From positions 1 to 64,000 of IMG/VR virus record IMGVR_UViG_3300002835_000041: a stretch of DNA of 64,000 bases; one strand, written 5' to 3'. The DNA comes from a virus. Positions 61,618-64,000 of this stretch are shown in pieces. The notes beneath the pieces were generated by a model. It made no database searches. It worked only from the letters and a program-made list of their open reading frames with translations, and had not been told where the DNA came from. Both the position numbers and the translations under genes were made by a program. Numbering within the stretch: the stretch's first letter is position 1; every line of letters starts with the position of its first letter.

Positions 61618-63045
61618 TTAAACAAAATCAAACCACAGTGGCATAATATATCTTGATCCATTTGCAGGAGCAACATGATACCAGTAGTGAATATTTCCAG
61701 GGAATAGAACTAAATCGCCAGCCTTGGGCTTAAATGATACACCTTGATGAATAAAAGACAACTCTCCACCATCGTAATCGTCATTAAGATATACCCATCC
61801 TGCTAAATGGTTTGAATCTTTATGTCCTAAGTCGTCTATTGGAATTACTGGACTATTATTATGCACCCATTCAGCAAAACGAGAGTTTCTTGGCTTTAGT
61901 TTAACACCATACTCTTCTTCCACCAAAGATTTTATTTGAGGTATATATCTTTCTGAATAGTCTAGTGAGTCGTAATAAAGTAAAGACAAGGTAGGCTTTC
62001 CAGCGCTATCAGGCTGTAGAGGACGATTATTGCTTGTCTCTGTACCCTTGATTAGTTCTATAATGTTGTTGCACTCTTCTTTACTTAGATAGTTACTAAA
62101 GATTTTTACATTATTAGGATTGTTTCCAATCTTAGTAAAGTTTTCTATAGTAAGTTCAGATATTACCACCTTCTTTTGTTCTGGGATAACTATGTTATTA
62201 AAATCTTTTACTAATTCTAGCAACTTGCTAATGTCTTCTTGATCGGTATGTATCATAAAATCATATATTCCAAATTGTTCAGACAACTGTCTTATTTGTC
62301 TAACAACATCAACCATAGGTCCTTTAACATGGTGATGCTGCTTTCTTACTGGTGCATTTTTATCGTATCTAACATTTTGCTCTTCGTCGGGATGATTTAT
62401 AATTAGAGGATCGATAATAACTATTGGCTTTACTCTACTAAGATCAATCTTTTTAAATTGATCTCTAAATAGTAAGTTATCATCTACATAAATATACTCA
62501 CAATGCTTGTTTGCTATTTCAATAGTAGTGTCTGAAGAACCAACAACAGCCATATGTGTCTTATGTTGGTGCGTTTTCATCAAATCCATAACCTTATCCA
62601 TCCAGACTGCAGAGATAGCAACTCTTTTTTCAAGAGTATCTATTAGTGATGGATCGTGCATATAGTGTTCTAGAACTATTCTTTCTGCAGGACCATTTCC
62701 TTCATCTCCCCATCTTCCAGCAACAAGGTTTACACCAATTCTTCCAGGAGCAAATCGGTTTAATGTTTCACAAATTTTAGCAGCATAGTCAGGGCTTGTT
62801 CCGTATGCTGGCAAAGCAATTGTCATAATTAGTTGGTTTGTTTTTTGTAGCGCTTCTTGTATAACTAAGGAAAAGTCTATGCCTCCTGGACCGTAAGGAA
62901 GCAAAACAGATTTTACATTAGCATCATCTAGTTCTGTGGCCATCTTAAGGATTCCATTAAGATCTAGGTTTTCAATACTGTCATTTATCTGCCAGTGCCT
63001 TCTCCACATCCAGTGAAATGTTATGGGCTTATTTATATTATCCAT
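61618..63045 (-). CDS. Fusion of a luciferase-like (LLM/SsuD-type) monooxygenase domain and a P4H-like 2OG-Fe(II) oxygenase domain
   Basis: N-terminal SVLLPYG, SPDYAAK...TLNRFAPGRIGVNLVAG, VVGSS; C-terminal VYLNDDYDGGELSF, WYHV, SRY. Confidence 0.75.
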   Translation of the reverse strand: MDNINKPITFHWMWRRHWQINDSIENLDLNGILKMATELDDANVKSVLLPYGPGGIDFSLVIQEALQKTNQLIMTIALPAYGTSPDYAAKICETLNRFAPGRIGVNLVAGRWGDEGNGPAERIVLEHYMHDPSLIDTLEKRVAISAVWMDKVMDLMKTHQHKTHMAVVGSSDTTIEIANKHCEYIYVDDNLLFRDQFKKIDLSRVKPIVIIDPLIINHPDEEQNVRYDKNAPVRKQHHHVKGPMVDVVRQIRQLSEQFGIYDFMIHTDQEDISKLLELVKDFNNIVIPEQKKVVISELTIENFTKIGNNPNNVKIFSNYLSKEECNNIIELIKGTETSNNRPLQPDSAGKPTLSLLYYDSLDYSERYIPQIKSLVEEEYGVKLKPRNSRFAEWVHNNSPVIPIDDLGHKDSNHLAGWVYLNDDYDGGELSFIHQGVSFKPKAGDLVLFPGNIHYWYHVAPANGSRYIMPLWFDFV

Positions 63046-63301
63046 TTTTTATTACTCTTCCTTTTGTTTTAAACCAAGACCCTATCTTGGCCTTTGCTAC
63101 TTTGCTTCTTAAAAGTTCTCCAAATGTTTCATGTGATATATCTGATCCAAGATACTCCTGACCAGTTTCAAGGTCTATCAGTTTCCATTTGCCAGGTGCT
63201 TTTGTGTGCAAGATCAAATCGATTGGATGATCGTAATCATTTACCTCAGAGCCATCTAAAAGTTTTCTTTTCTTTTGATTTGGTTCTGAGTTATTTGTCA
63301 T
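63038..63301 (-). CDS. Hypothetical protein
   Basis: Leaderless promoter at 63308-13. Confidence 0.6.
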   Translation of the reverse strand: MTNNSEPNQKKRKLLDGSEVNDYDHPIDLILHTKAPGKWKLIDLETGQEYLGSDISHETFGELLRSKVAKAKIGSWFKTKGRVIKNG

Positions 63302-63315
63302 TATTCAATTATACA

Positions 63316-63927
63316 CTATGGGATTGTAAACCAAATTGGCACGGTATATCTTACACCAGACAGGACTTCTTTTACTTCATGGGCATAGTACATATTTCCA
63401 GGGAACATAATGAGGTCACCAATCTTAGGCTTAATAGTAACATCGTGTGTTGCAAAACTTAGTTCCCCACCCTCATAGTCATCATTAAGATATATAAGTG
63501 TAGGTAGGTGGTTGTCCGTTACCCATCCGAGATCGTCAACATGTAGGGCTAGTTTGGTACCCTTGTCCCATCTTGCAATGTTAAGATAGTCAAGATCTTT
63601 CTTCTTTATATTTTCATGGTTATATGCTTTTTTAACTTCATCTAAAACTCTACCGAATATGTTATATTTATCTATAACGCCCTGATAGTTGTGAATCCAT
63701 GCAACAGGATTATCTTTGTCGTCTTTTTGAGAAACAAAACTAATTCTTCTAGTTTCTTGAATATGGCTAAGAAGATAGTCAATCTCTTCAGAAGAAAGAA
63801 AATTTGGTATAACTTTTATGTTGTCTGCAGAATTGCCGATTTTTTGAAAAAATTCAAGATACGCTGGGGTTCTTTCGATTTCTCCTGGGTGGTTTCCCAC
63901 TGCTTGATTGTTAACTATGTATGCCAT
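63316..63927 (-). CDS. P4H-like 2OG-Fe(II) oxygenase
   Basis: LHVDD, IYLNDDYEGGELSF, YAHEV, RYT; leaderless start at 63927. Confidence 0.88.
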   Translation of the reverse strand: MAYIVNNQAVGNHPGEIERTPAYLEFFQKIGNSADNIKVIPNFLSSEEIDYLLSHIQETRRISFVSQKDDKDNPVAWIHNYQGVIDKYNIFGRVLDEVKKAYNHENIKKKDLDYLNIARWDKGTKLALHVDDLGWVTDNHLPTLIYLNDDYEGGELSFATHDVTIKPKIGDLIMFPGNMYYAHEVKEVLSGVRYTVPIWFTIP

Positions 63928-64000
63928 ATAACCATTATACACTACGAAAAAATCTTTAAAGTTCGGCGCAAAATAGAAGTTATAAACCTCTATATGCCCT

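Noticed and set aside
1-64000. Alternative genetic code or stop-codon reassignment
   Set aside because: Long genes are uninterrupted in code 11, all three stops are used at coupled gene junctions, and no suppressor tRNA is present.

Overview
One continuous 64 kb segment of a large, AT-rich, long-tailed (siphovirus-like) dsDNA phage. The host is most likely a low-GC freshwater-type actinobacterium; this is inferred from a WhiB gene, a DnaE-type polymerase and pervasive leaderless promoters. Layout: 1-22.8 kb capsid C-terminus, head-tail connectors, major tail protein, tail assembly chaperones, a 3039-aa tape measure protein (TMP) and tail-tip genes. 22.8-37.4 kb replication and recombination genes (DnaB, primase, SSB, DnaE, RecA, Cas4-like exonuclease, two resolvases), then the terminase. 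37.5-57 kb plus-strand accessory genes (secreted Ig-like and PA14 proteins, proteases, sulfo-, carbamoyl- and glycosyl-transferases, many 2OG-Fe(II) oxygenases, CHAP amidase, WhiB, Hsp20, HNH). 57-64 kb mostly minus-strand accessory genes with three tRNAs. Strongest unexpected signals: (1) a protein-kinase-like domain inside the TMP; (2) the tail chaperone G/GT pair encoded as two duplicated genes rather than by a frameshift; (3) a probable PAPS-supply plus sulfotransferase system and a coupled hydroxylase/glycosyltransferase/carbamoyltransferase operon; (4) two promoter-bearing structured ncRNA candidates and a covarying H-type pseudoknot present twice; (5) at least 14 promoters placed exactly 6 nt before ATG; (6) a large surface protein with no ATG/GTG/TTG start for its first ~100 codons. 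All protein family calls come from motif recognition by eye; no database search was run.
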